From NCBI GenBank assembly GCA_049700835.1, contig JBNAUL010000002.1:272275-336274 (forward strand): DNA of 64,000 nt, in the 5' to 3' direction. A program made the position numbers and the translations under genes. Positions 39,255 through 48,954 of this stretch are shown here, in pieces. This DNA is from Candidatus Woesearchaeota archaeon. Lineage in GTDB: Archaea > Nanobdellota > Nanobdellia > Woesearchaeales > WAPY01. Each line of letters opens with the position of its first letter. Position 1 is the stretch's first letter. The notes under the pieces were generated by a model that made no database searches, was not told the origin of the DNA, and saw only the letters and a program-made list of their open reading frames with translations.

Positions 39255-39743
39255 TTACCTTTGAACAAAATCAAAAATTGGAATTTCTTTCTCGCTGATG
39301 AAATCCAAACTCTTTGCATCAAGTTTAAGATTTACAACTTTGAAATTGTTCGTTATGAAAATAATGTTCCACACAACGCCGTTGTCATCCTGTAAAATCA
39401 TTATTGTCTTGTTGCTTTGATATGAAGGATGCCTCTTCTTCAGAAATTCAAGAGCTGTTTTAAGAGCATTCTCAAGCTCTGAAACCCCTTCAAGAACTAA
39501 CGGCTTTAGTTCCTTTTGAGTTTTTGCCATTACATCGCTGTCCTTTACTGCAAAAACATAATTTTTTGAATAAGCGAAACTTGTTATTGCGTTTTTCTTT
39601 TTGTTGTAATAATCAATCTGTATTTCATCAGGTTTGTCAGAAATATAAAAAAAGCTGACCAAGTAACAATCCTCGTTGTTTTTTCTCCAATTCTTAAACT
39701 CTCTTGTTTTTTCAAGTTCTTTCAATGAATCAAATATCTGCAT
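39255..39743 (-). CDS. hypothetical protein (PepSY-like C-terminus)
   Basis: 162 aa, WNI..IT...NLKLDAKS. Confidence 0.65.
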   Translation of the reverse strand: MQIFDSLKELEKTREFKNWRKNNEDCYLVSFFYISDKPDEIQIDYYNKKKNAITSFAYSKNYVFAVKDSDVMAKTQKELKPLVLEGVSELENALKTALEFLKKRHPSYQSNKTIMILQDDNGVVWNIIFITNNFKVVNLKLDAKSLDFISEKEIPIFDFVQR

Positions 39744-39749
39744 AACATT

Positions 39750-39889
39750 CTACAATCCTTCCTATGATTATAAATCTTTTGATTTAATAGGAAGCTTTTT
39801 TAAGATAGTTTTTTAAACTCTACAATCCTTCCTATGATTATAAATCTTTTGATTTAATAGGAAGCTTTTTTAAGATAGTTTTTTAAACT
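39750..39889. repeat. perfect tandem duplication of about 70 bp in a divergent promoter region
   Basis: CTACAATCCTTCCTATGATTATAAATC...GTTTTTTAAACT present twice. Confidence 0.9.
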
Positions 39890-39912
39890 TTAAAAACTTA
39901 AAAAAAAATACT

Positions 39913-40893
39913 ATGGAAAAGATGAAAAACAAAAAAATCTTGAATGATGATTTTAAGAGGGCACTGATAAAACAGCACTACTCTATTGTTGGAAATCACA
40001 GTGCTGTGAAAATTTGTGAGTGGACTAAAAAATCATTAGTAGATAAAGATTTCTGCTACAAGCAAAAGTTTTATGGGATAAGGTCTCATCTCTGCTGCCA
40101 AATGTCTCCAACTCTTGGTTTTTGTAGCAACAGGTGCTTGTTCTGTTGGAGAGCAATAGAATACACTCTTGACAACAAAATGAAATTCAAGGTTGATAAT
40201 CCAGAAGAAATCATTAATGAATGCATAGAGGCTCAGAAAAAATTGTTGTCTGGTTTTGGAGGCAATCAAAGAATAAATGTTAAAAAGTTCAAGGAAGCTC
40301 AAGAACCAATGCACTTTGCTATTTCTCTCACAGGAGAACCTACTATTTATCCAAAACTTGATTTACTGATAAAAAAACTCCATTCTCTTGAAAAAACAAC
40401 TTTCTTAGTTACTAATGGAATGTATCCAAAAGCATTGGTTAAATTAAGAGAAAAAAATGCATTGCCAACTCAACTTTACATTTCGCTAACAGCGCCTGAT
40501 GAAAAAACATATTTCAAGGTTGATAGGCCTGTTTTCAATGATGCTTGGAAAAGATTGAACAAGAGTTTAGAGTTCATGAGTTCTGCAAAGGGAAAAACAA
40601 GGACTGTTATAAGAATGACTGTAATAAGGGATGTTAATATGTTCAATACCAAAGGTTATGCTGAACTAATTAAAAAAGCAAACCCTGATTTTTTAGAGGT
40701 AAAGGCTTACATGCATGTCGGTTTTTCAAGGAACAGATTAAATATTTCCAACATGCCTTCTCACAAAGAAGTAAAGGATTTTGGGATTAAGGTTGGAGAA
40801 TTAATTAATTACAAAATTGTTGATGAAAAAGAGAACAGCAGGGTAGTGCTTTTAATGAAAGAAGATTCTCCTAGTAGAATAATGAAGTTTTAA
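39913..40893 (+). CDS. taw1: 4-demethylwyosine synthase (radical SAM)
   Basis: HSAVKICEW, CYKQKFYGI.SH, CSNRCLFCWR, AISLTGEPT, EVKAYMHVG. Confidence 0.95.
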   Translation: MEKMKNKKILNDDFKRALIKQHYSIVGNHSAVKICEWTKKSLVDKDFCYKQKFYGIRSHLCCQMSPTLGFCSNRCLFCWRAIEYTLDNKMKFKVDNPEEIINECIEAQKKLLSGFGGNQRINVKKFKEAQEPMHFAISLTGEPTIYPKLDLLIKKLHSLEKTTFLVTNGMYPKALVKLREKNALPTQLYISLTAPDEKTYFKVDRPVFNDAWKRLNKSLEFMSSAKGKTRTVIRMTVIRDVNMFNTKGYAELIKKANPDFLEVKAYMHVGFSRNRLNISNMPSHKEVKDFGIKVGELINYKIVDEKENSRVVLLMKEDSPSRIMKF

Positions 40894-40914
40894 AATTGAT
40901 TTTTAACAAACAAT

Positions 40915-41244
40915 TCATAATATTTTAGAACCATTCAGGACTTTTCTTTCTGGCTGTAATAAAACCACTTCCTTGTTTTCAAGAACAACTCCTAAGACCA
41001 AGCACTCTGATTTGAAATCAGCAATCTGCTTTTCAGGAAAATTTACAACCGCAACAACTTGTTTTCCAATAAGTTCTTCCTTTGAGTAAAGCTTTGTTAT
41101 TTGAGCACTTGATTTTTTTATTCCTAAACTTCCAAAATCAATCTCGAGTTTGTAAGAAGGATTTCTTGCTTTTGGAAATTCCTCTGCTCTTAGAATTGTT
41201 CCAACTCTTAGATCTATTTTCTCAAAATCTTCATAGCTTATCAT
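40915..41244 (-). CDS. csaA: tRNA-binding OB-fold protein (CsaA/Trbp111)
   Basis: DLRVGTI, SSAQIT, VVNFP.KQIA.F.SECLVLG. Confidence 0.88.
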   Translation of the reverse strand: MISYEDFEKIDLRVGTILRAEEFPKARNPSYKLEIDFGSLGIKKSSAQITKLYSKEELIGKQVVAVVNFPEKQIADFKSECLVLGVVLENKEVVLLQPERKVLNGSKIL

Positions 41245-41253
41245 GAGCAAGAA

Positions 41254-41439
41254 TTAATCATCAACAACCTTTATTGCTTTCTCAGGGCATTGAACCTCAC
41301 AAGCCCTGCAACCGATGCAAGCAGAAGGATTTTTAACAACGACCTTGTTTCCTTGCTTTGCAAAAACTCCCATTGGACAAACCTCAATGCAGACAAAATT
41401 TGACTTGCACTTCTTATAATCAACAACAGGATGACTCAT
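41254..41439 (-). CDS. 4Fe-4S ferredoxin
   Basis: CIEVCP and CIGCRACEVQCP. Confidence 0.9.
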   Translation of the reverse strand: MSHPVVDYKKCKSNFVCIEVCPMGVFAKQGNKVVVKNPSACIGCRACEVQCPEKAIKVVDD

Positions 41440-41603
41440 AAAAACACCTCCAAAGTTTGTTAATTTGCTAAAAAATTTTATAAAAACTCAAAACTCATTT
41501 GATTCTAAATTTTATTTATTAAGTATTTATTTCTTGATTTTTTTTATTTTTTAACTTGTATTTGTTTTGATTTTTGAGCATTGCTGCACTTCATTCTTTT
41601 GCT

Positions 41604-42407
41604 TTACTCTATTGTTTTATTATCAGGGTTCTCTTTTTTAACAGATGTTTTTTCCTTGATTTTTGTTTTCAGCTGAGAATGCTCTTTGCTCTTTTCTTTA
41701 TTATAATTACTCCCTGCTTTTTCTTCATGGATTTTTATTTGATTTTCTTCTTTTGTTTCCAATTGTTCCTCTTCGATCTCTTCTTTCTTTGATTTTCTCT
41801 TTTCTTGGAAATCCTCTTTTATCTCAATCTTTGTTGGTTTTGACTTTGTAAGCTCAAACATCCTTATCTCAAATGTTCTTATAGGATAAACTTTAGAGAG
41901 CTCTGATCTCAAGCTCTCCTGTAGTTTGTGGCTTATAAGGTTTTGAGAAAAATCATCATAACTCATTTCCTTTATTGTTTTGAAGAGCAATTCCCTTATC
42001 TTTGCTCTCAATCTTTTCTCAACAACTCCTTTTGTTTTAAAAGCGGTTATTACCAGCGGCTTAATCCTTATTGCTATGTTGTCCTTTGTCAGAACAACAA
42101 AAGAATCATCAATCTTGTTTTTTCTCCTGGCAACAAATCTCTTAACAGCAGGAGGCGTTATTTCATAACCAATAAAGTTTGTTTTTGCCCTCTTATTCTG
42201 AACATCATAAATCCTAAACTTGACATTAACTCCCTGCAATCTTATGTTTCTAGTGATTTCAGAAAGAGCAATCAGTATTGTTCTTCCTACAAGTTTGTTT
42301 GGAGAATCAGCTGTTACCTCTCCAATAACAATGTTCCTAAACTGTTTTGGAGCTTCTACCTCATACCATTCCTTTGCCACTACCTTTGTGGCCTGTTTCT
42401 TTGCCAT
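41604..42407 (-). CDS. rps3ae: 30S ribosomal protein eS1 with charged C-terminal tail
   Basis: KEWY.V.APK.F, GRT, KVYPIR.FEIR. Confidence 0.9.
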   Translation of the reverse strand: MAKKQATKVVAKEWYEVEAPKQFRNIVIGEVTADSPNKLVGRTILIALSEITRNIRLQGVNVKFRIYDVQNKRAKTNFIGYEITPPAVKRFVARRKNKIDDSFVVLTKDNIAIRIKPLVITAFKTKGVVEKRLRAKIRELLFKTIKEMSYDDFSQNLISHKLQESLRSELSKVYPIRTFEIRMFELTKSKPTKIEIKEDFQEKRKSKKEEIEEEQLETKEENQIKIHEEKAGSNYNKEKSKEHSQLKTKIKEKTSVKKENPDNKTIE

Positions 42408-42450
42408 GATTATACCAAGGATAAACAAACCATTTAAAAATTTTTCTTTT

Positions 42451-43947
42451 TTATTCCTTTTTGCCTAAATCTCCTCTTTTATAATTCTCATTAACAAAAA
42501 TCTTTTTGTTATTCCCATTGTGGTTTTTTGAGTGGTTTTTTATTTGAGCAGAGATGCTCTTTATCGTTGTTATTGGAAATGTGAGTAATGAGTTTATTGG
42601 CTCCCTGATTATTAAATCAACAAGCATGTCCTTTTTTGGAATTTTTTCTATTGTTCTAACCTCTTTTATTTTCCTAAGGAAGTATGCTGAAACCAAAAAC
42701 CTGCTCATTGCTGAAATAAGAAAAACAATTTGGTATTCTGAAGTTACTAATTTTGAGTTTAATGATTGAGCACTAACTCTTGAAAGTATAAAAGAACCAA
42801 TCATAACTCCAATGAAAACTCCTATTCCTTTGAAAAAATTAGAATAAGAAACGCATCTTGCCCTTCTCTGAGGAGTTACAGCATCATAAACAAAGTTTGA
42901 AGTGCTAAGATCAAAACCTCCCCATACAATTCCCCCAATTATTTGAACTGCTAACAAATAATAAAAGTTTCTTGAGAAAACCCAAAGCAATGGATAAAGA
43001 GGAACTAAAAAACCGCACATAACCATAACCTTTTTATTACCGTAAATGTCAGAGTATTTTCCCCAATAAGTCATTATTAAGTAAGAGGTTAAGGTGTGCG
43101 TTGCATTCAGAATTATATAATTAAAATAATTTAGTTTCAGAACATTCAACATGTAAATGCTGAAATAAGGGGATGCTATTGAAACAGCAATCATCATGAA
43201 AAAAATATAAATAACAAATGTTCCAAAGTTGTTATAGTACATTCTCTTTATGAATTGCATTAAGCTGAAATACCATTCTTTGCTTACATTGTATTCTGGC
43301 TCATAAACCAATCTCATATAATACAAACTGATTAATCTTGCTATTGATGATATTAAGAACAAAATTGCAAATCCTAACAAGGAATGAATGTTTGAGAACC
43401 TGTTAAGAAGCAAACCTGCAATCAATGAAGACATAAATGCTGTGAAACCAGCAATCGCGTTTCTCCTGCCAAAGAAAAAACCTCCGTTTTTCTTATCAAC
43501 TAAATCTCCTAAAATGCTTGCCCAAGGAGGAATAAGGAAGTTTCCTGAGAATGCATAAACTGCAAACAAGATTATTGTTAAATAAATGCTCTTCCATAAT
43601 AAAACATTGAGGATTAGCGGAATCCAGACCAAGCTTTGAATAAGGATTGATGCTAAGATTATATTCTTTCTCTTTTTTGTAATATCAGTTATGTCTGTGC
43701 TTATTACTTGGGAGATTGAACTTATTAAGTTACTAATTGAAGTCAATAATCCAAGTTGAAAGTTTGTTGCTCCTAATTTTATTATGAAAGCAGAAATAAA
43801 GGATTCTCCTGTGCCAACCATTACTGAGTTAGCACTTGCTTCTTTTATGCTGTATTTTAAACTCTTATTTATTATCTCTTGATTTTCGTTTTCTTGGTTC
43901 TTTTCTTTGGATTTGCTGATAATCTGCTCTTTATCATTGCTGCTCAC
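42451..43947 (-). CDS. MFS transporter
   Basis: about 12 TM helices, WASILGDLV, WGKYSDIYGNK. Confidence 0.9.
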   Translation of the reverse strand: MSSNDKEQIISKSKEKNQENENQEIINKSLKYSIKEASANSVMVGTGESFISAFIIKLGATNFQLGLLTSISNLISSISQVISTDITDITKKRKNIILASILIQSLVWIPLILNVLLWKSIYLTIILFAVYAFSGNFLIPPWASILGDLVDKKNGGFFFGRRNAIAGFTAFMSSLIAGLLLNRFSNIHSLLGFAILFLISSIARLISLYYMRLVYEPEYNVSKEWYFSLMQFIKRMYYNNFGTFVIYIFFMMIAVSIASPYFSIYMLNVLKLNYFNYIILNATHTLTSYLIMTYWGKYSDIYGNKKVMVMCGFLVPLYPLLWVFSRNFYYLLAVQIIGGIVWGGFDLSTSNFVYDAVTPQRRARCVSYSNFFKGIGVFIGVMIGSFILSRVSAQSLNSKLVTSEYQIVFLISAMSRFLVSAYFLRKIKEVRTIEKIPKKDMLVDLIIREPINSLLTFPITTIKSISAQIKNHSKNHNGNNKKIFVNENYKRGDLGKKE

Positions 43948-44141
43948 AAAGACACCCTTTATGAATAAATTTGTATTTTAGTATATTTAATAATATACCA
44001 ATATACAACTTATTTAAATATTTTTCTGTGGTTTAAAATAATAAATCAAATAATAATTTTTGAATTATGCAATTGCAAAAACTAAAAACTTAAAAAAACT
44101 AAGAAACAAAAACATAAGAAAAATTAGAAGTTATTAAAATC

Positions 44142-44867
44142 TTATTGCTTCTTTGCTCCTGGTTTTTCTTTTTCTTCCTCAGGAAGCAACTCCTTAATAA
44201 TTTCCTCAGGAATCTTTGCATCCCTCAACTTTGACCTTATAAATGAAGCTTCTTTTCCAGAATACTGAGCCATAATCTCCTTTGCCTTCTTAGTAAGTTC
44301 CTCATGACGTTTCTTGATTTCCTCGCTGAGCTTTTTCTTTTCCTCTTCTAATGCCTTTAATTCCTCAGCAGACAACTCTGTCTTTTCAAGCTCTATCTCT
44401 TTATTAAAAACACCATTATCAATATCATTTAAGATCTCCTTATAATTTTTTCCTTCTACCAAAACTCCCATAGAACCTGCTGTTCCAACAACCTCTTTAA
44501 CAGCATCCTTCATGCTATCTGCTAATAAAGAATCCATTTTCATCTTTGCAATCTTTATAACCTGCTCTATCTTTAAATCAGCAACCTTTTCTGCCAATGG
44601 ATTAGAAGAGCCCTTCTCAATTCCTGCTTCTTTAAGTATTAGTTGAGATGTTGGAGGGGTTCCAACCTCAATCTCAAACTTTTTTGTTTCAACATCAACA
44701 ATAACTTTTACAGGAACCTGCATTCCTTTAAAACCCTCTGTTTTCTTGTTAATCTCAGCAACAACCATTCCAATATTAACTCCTAAAGGACCAAGAGCAG
44801 GGCCTAATGGAGGGGCTGCTGTTGCTTTTCCACCTTCAACTAATACCTGTATTTTTTCCTTTGGCAT
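44142..44867 (-). CDS. rpl11: 50S ribosomal protein uL11 with C-terminal extension
   Basis: [28 protein letters not shown]. Confidence 0.95.
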   Translation of the reverse strand: MPKEKIQVLVEGGKATAAPPLGPALGPLGVNIGMVVAEINKKTEGFKGMQVPVKVIVDVETKKFEIEVGTPPTSQLILKEAGIEKGSSNPLAEKVADLKIEQVIKIAKMKMDSLLADSMKDAVKEVVGTAGSMGVLVEGKNYKEILNDIDNGVFNKEIELEKTELSAEELKALEEEKKKLSEEIKKRHEELTKKAKEIMAQYSGKEASFIRSKLRDAKIPEEIIKELLPEEEKEKPGAKKQ

Positions 44868-44972
44868 ATGAAAAAGCAGGATTTTTGTTTTAATTTATAA
44901 AGTTTTTGTTTTATGAAAAAGAGAAAATTTTATAAACAAAACAAAAAGAGTTTTTTCAAAAATGGTGGTATT

Positions 44973-45608
44973 ATGAAAGAAGTTATTGAAAAAGGAGATT
45001 TTATTGAGTTAGACTTTACAGGATATGTTGAAAACACAAATGAGGTTTTTGACACAACAATAAAAGAAGATGCTCAAAAAGCAGGAATTTACAATGAGAA
45101 AACAATCTATGAGCCAATAGTCGTTCATGTTGGCAATAATCAATTGCTTAAAAGCTTAGAAGATTTCTTGATTGGAAAGAAAATAGGAAGTTATGAAGTT
45201 TTTTTAGAATCAGAAAATGCTTTTGGAAAAAGAGATTCTAAACTCTTAAAACTAATATCCAAAAATAATTTCACAAAAAACAATATTGAACCTGTTCCTG
45301 GATTAAGGGTCAATGTTGACGGCATTCTTGGAACAATTGTTTCTGTCAGTTCTAACAGAGTAATGGTTGATTTTAATCATCCTCTTGCTGGAAAGAGAAT
45401 AAAATATAAACTCATTATAAGAAAAATATTAGAAGATAACAATGAAAAAGCAAAAGCCATCTTAAAACAAACACTTGGAAAAGAAACTGATTTCAGCATT
45501 AACCAAAAAAAAATAAAAATAAAACTTAACAAAGAATTCTCAGACTTAAAACCATTAATAATAGACGAATTTTTAAAAATCGGTCTTGAAGCAGAATTCG
45601 AAGAATAA
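44973..45608 (+). CDS. slyD: FKBP-type peptidyl-prolyl isomerase (SlyD-like)
   Basis: VFDTT, AFG.RD, VDFNHPLAGK. Confidence 0.9.
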   Translation: MKEVIEKGDFIELDFTGYVENTNEVFDTTIKEDAQKAGIYNEKTIYEPIVVHVGNNQLLKSLEDFLIGKKIGSYEVFLESENAFGKRDSKLLKLISKNNFTKNNIEPVPGLRVNVDGILGTIVSVSSNRVMVDFNHPLAGKRIKYKLIIRKILEDNNEKAKAILKQTLGKETDFSINQKKIKIKLNKEFSDLKPLIIDEFLKIGLEAEFEE

Positions 45609-45731
45609 AATTTTATCATGAGATTTTGTTTAAAGTGTTTAAATCATATGTTTTAAATGTTATTCTAAAGTAGTTACAACAGAAAGATTTATATATTAGA
45701 AATCATTCACTAAACTTAGAGGTGGTCTTCC

Positions 45732-48700
45732 ATGGATGCAAAAATAAGAATCCCAGAACTAGAATCAAAATTAGAAAAACTCCAAATAAATCAAGATGTT
45801 CCAAAAGAAGAACTTAAAAATCTTGAAGAATACAAGGGCTTTAATCCTAAAATAAAAAAAGCAGTTCTAATGAGCTTAGCAGCAGCTCTTGGACTACAAT
45901 TCGGAAGCTTATTCTATAAAAACAACATAAAAGCCGAAAACACAAACCAAACAACAATCGAAATGAACAAACCAATTGAAAACAAAATATTAAGCATCAC
46001 ACTAAACAACAAAACAACACCCAATCCAGAACTCCCAAAAACAAACTCTCCAAACCCAAAATGGTACGACATAGAAAACCAACCACTAGAAGCAATAATA
46101 AAAGAAATAGAAAAAAAAGACATAAAAGTCTACATTGGAAAAACAGAAGCAAAAATCAACGAACAAAACTACATCCTTGACGCAGCACCCTACATAAAAA
46201 ACGGAAGAACCCTTGTTCCTTTAAGATTCATAGCAGAAGGACTTGGAGCACAAGTAGGATGGGATGGAATAGAAAGAAAAGTAACGCTTGAATTTGAAGG
46301 AAAGATAATAGAACTTTGGATTGGAAAAAAACAAGCAAAAATAGATGGAATCAATTACGAACTAGATGTTCCTGCAGAAATAACAAAAGGAAGAACATTC
46401 GTACCAATAAGATTCATAGCAGAAAACTTTGGTTCCCAAGTCAATTGGAACAGCATCTTAAAAGAAGTGTCAATAACAAAAGAAAAGGAATACAAAAAAA
46501 TAAACGAAAACTCTGATGCTGATAAAGACGGACTAACATTCAAAGAAGAAAAAAACTTAGGCACGAACCCTAATGATAAAAACACAATCTATAATAGTTT
46601 AACTGACAAAGAACTCTTTGAATTAAAAAACAAGTACCCAACACTAAACATATTCTCAGCATACCCTGACGGAACAACAAAACTAACACTCCCAGAAAAA
46701 ATATCCTTCGGACTAAACCCTGTAAAAGCTTTCAGTTTAGATGAAAAAATAAACGATGAAATAATCCTAAAATACGCCCTAAACAACAACCCAAACACAA
46801 AAACAAAAGAAGAACTTGAAAAAATTTGGAAAAACTTTAACGAAAAATACTCAAGCTTCATAGATGCTCTAAAAGAAAACCTAAGCCTAGAAACAATAAG
46901 TTCAATAGACAAAGTTGGAGACCTAATACTAAACTTCAAAAACCAAAAACTTGACGAAAAACTAAAAACAGAAATAAACACAAACTATGTAAAAAGGGTT
47001 CTGGAAAAAATAGACGAATTCCAAAACATAGCACTAATAGTTGCATCCTTTAGTGATGATTTTGTAAACGCTAATAAAGATTATTTCTTAGAAATAAAAA
47101 ATACATCCTTAGAATTCATTAGCGAAATACTAACAAAATACCCAGAACTAACAATAGAAAAACAAACAGAACTAAACAAAAAATACCCAGAACTTGATTT
47201 TTCAAAAAAAGAAACATTCGAAAACCCTGACAAAAAATCAGGACTAAGCTTAACAGAAAAAATAAAATACAACATCAACCCATTAAACCCAAACAACTTT
47301 GACAATATACTAAACGACAAAAAAGCAATCGAATACGCAAAAACAAAAAACCTCTCAAACACAAAAGAAAACATTTTGAAAGCAGTAAAAACAATAACAG
47401 AAACCTATGGAGAAAAGCTTGGAACTGCAACAAAACAACTCACAAACGAAGAAAAAATCACACCAGAAGAAATAGACAACCAAGCAGAAATAGCAAAAAA
47501 ACAAATAGAAAACATGTGGAACGAAAGAGCAAACAAAACAAAAACAAACAACTCAATAATAACACTCGAAGAACTAACCTCTATCCCAAGGTATAAAACC
47601 TTAATACTACTCAACAAAACATACTCAACAGAAGAAATAAACATCCTACTCTCACAAAGCCCAACACTCCAAAACTCAGAAAACATCAAAGAATTCGAAG
47701 ACCTAATAAACACACTCTATAACGCTTCAAACTCAACAGAATTATTATTAAACAAAAAGGTAAAGGACACTAACAATTTCAAGAAATACATAAACCAGCT
47801 GGGACTTTACGATTACAACGCTGGAGAACTGGCAGTCCAAATGTGGCAGAATGCAAACGACACCTTAAAGACAGAGATAAAAAGCCACCCCAAGATGTTC
47901 CTGGGAATAACAGCAGGATTCGGACCTTACGTTAATACTGGAGAATTCGAGATAAATGGACAAAAATATAATTTTCAGGATAGAGAGATATTTGAAAATA
48001 TGAGAAATTGGTCTCTAAATTTACTTGATTATTATATAGAAACAGAAAAAATATTCAAAGAAAAAAATGTTTGGTTATTTAAAATAGGTTATAATAAAGG
48101 GTTAGAGTTTTATGATTTTACCTTGCTACAAGGATTGATCCCTGGAACATTAGCAAATATAGATAATGGAGGATTTTCAAAGATATTAGAAACAAGTGGA
48201 TTAAAAGAAGCATTAAATCATACTTTTAATATAACAGAACAAATGAAAGGTATAAGAGATTTGATAATAGAGAAATATCACGGTGTTAGTGAAGAAGGTT
48301 ACGATATAGATTGGCTGGATCCAATTGTAGGACCTGCACAGATTAGTATGAAAATGAATTGGTTAGGACTTCATAGAACAGGAAAAAAAGGCATCCCCTA
48401 CGGCGTCATATTAAAAGAAGGTGATGGAAAAAATTTGACAGATTTAGAAGCGTCAAACATGATTTTGAAATTGTTAAATCCAACAAACAAAGAAGTTTTT
48501 GAAACAAATCAATATGGTTTGATACAACTAGAAACTATTGTGATGAGAAGTATTGCTAACCCTCTGTTTGAAGGAAGATATAAAGTTAACAAAACCACCA
48601 AAGGAGATAGTGCTGCCTTAATTCTTGTTCTTGATGATAAAACAAAGAAAAAAGTTGGAAATTTTTTGGGCATCACAAATATTAATATACAAAAATATTA

Positions 48701-48935
48701 TTTTATTGAAAAATTTAAGTGGGAAGAAATAGTTAGCCTTACTGACGCAGTTTATTATATGATGGCATTTAGAAGAGATCCAACTAATATAAATCCAACT
48801 GATATTGATAAAATTGCAAAAGACAAATCCTGGGTTAAAAGGATTCTTACGCATCCTGTTGGTAATCCGGCAATTTTTGATTATTTTGAAATAGAAAAAC
48901 TTTTTTCTGTTTTTAAAGGAGCAAATTCGTTTTAA
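45732..48935 (+). CDS. large surface protein with copper amine oxidase N-terminal-like domain
   Basis: APYIKNGRTLVPLRFIAEGLGAQVGWD and GRTFVPIRFIAENFG; internal hydrophobic signal; DADKDGLT..EE...GTNP motif. Confidence 0.85.
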   Translation: MDAKIRIPELESKLEKLQINQDVPKEELKNLEEYKGFNPKIKKAVLMSLAAALGLQFGSLFYKNNIKAENTNQTTIEMNKPIENKILSITLNNKTTPNPELPKTNSPNPKWYDIENQPLEAIIKEIEKKDIKVYIGKTEAKINEQNYILDAAPYIKNGRTLVPLRFIAEGLGAQVGWDGIERKVTLEFEGKIIELWIGKKQAKIDGINYELDVPAEITKGRTFVPIRFIAENFGSQVNWNSILKEVSITKEKEYKKINENSDADKDGLTFKEEKNLGTNPNDKNTIYNSLTDKELFELKNKYPTLNIFSAYPDGTTKLTLPEKISFGLNPVKAFSLDEKINDEIILKYALNNNPNTKTKEELEKIWKNFNEKYSSFIDALKENLSLETISSIDKVGDLILNFKNQKLDEKLKTEINTNYVKRVLEKIDEFQNIALIVASFSDDFVNANKDYFLEIKNTSLEFISEILTKYPELTIEKQTELNKKYPELDFSKKETFENPDKKSGLSLTEKIKYNINPLNPNNFDNILNDKKAIEYAKTKNLSNTKENILKAVKTITETYGEKLGTATKQLTNEEKITPEEIDNQAEIAKKQIENMWNERANKTKTNNSIITLEELTSIPRYKTLILLNKTYSTEEINILLSQSPTLQNSENIKEFEDLINTLYNASNSTELLLNKKVKDTNNFKKYINQLGLYDYNAGELAVQMWQNANDTLKTEIKSHPKMFLGITAGFGPYVNTGEFEINGQKYNFQDREIFENMRNWSLNLLDYYIETEKIFKEKNVWLFKIGYNKGLEFYDFTLLQGLIPGTLANIDNGGFSKILETSGLKEALNHTFNITEQMKGIRDLIIEKYHGVSEEGYDIDWLDPIVGPAQISMKMNWLGLHRTGKKGIPYGVILKEGDGKNLTDLEASNMILKLLNPTNKEVFETNQYGLIQLETIVMRSIANPLFEGRYKVNKTTKGDSAALILVLDDKTKKKVGNFLGITNINIQKYYFIEKFKWEEIVSLTDAVYYMMAFRRDPTNINPTDIDKIAKDKSWVKRILTHPVGNPAIFDYFEIEKLFSVFKGANSF

Positions 48936-48954
48936 TGTTTTAATATTTAATAAA

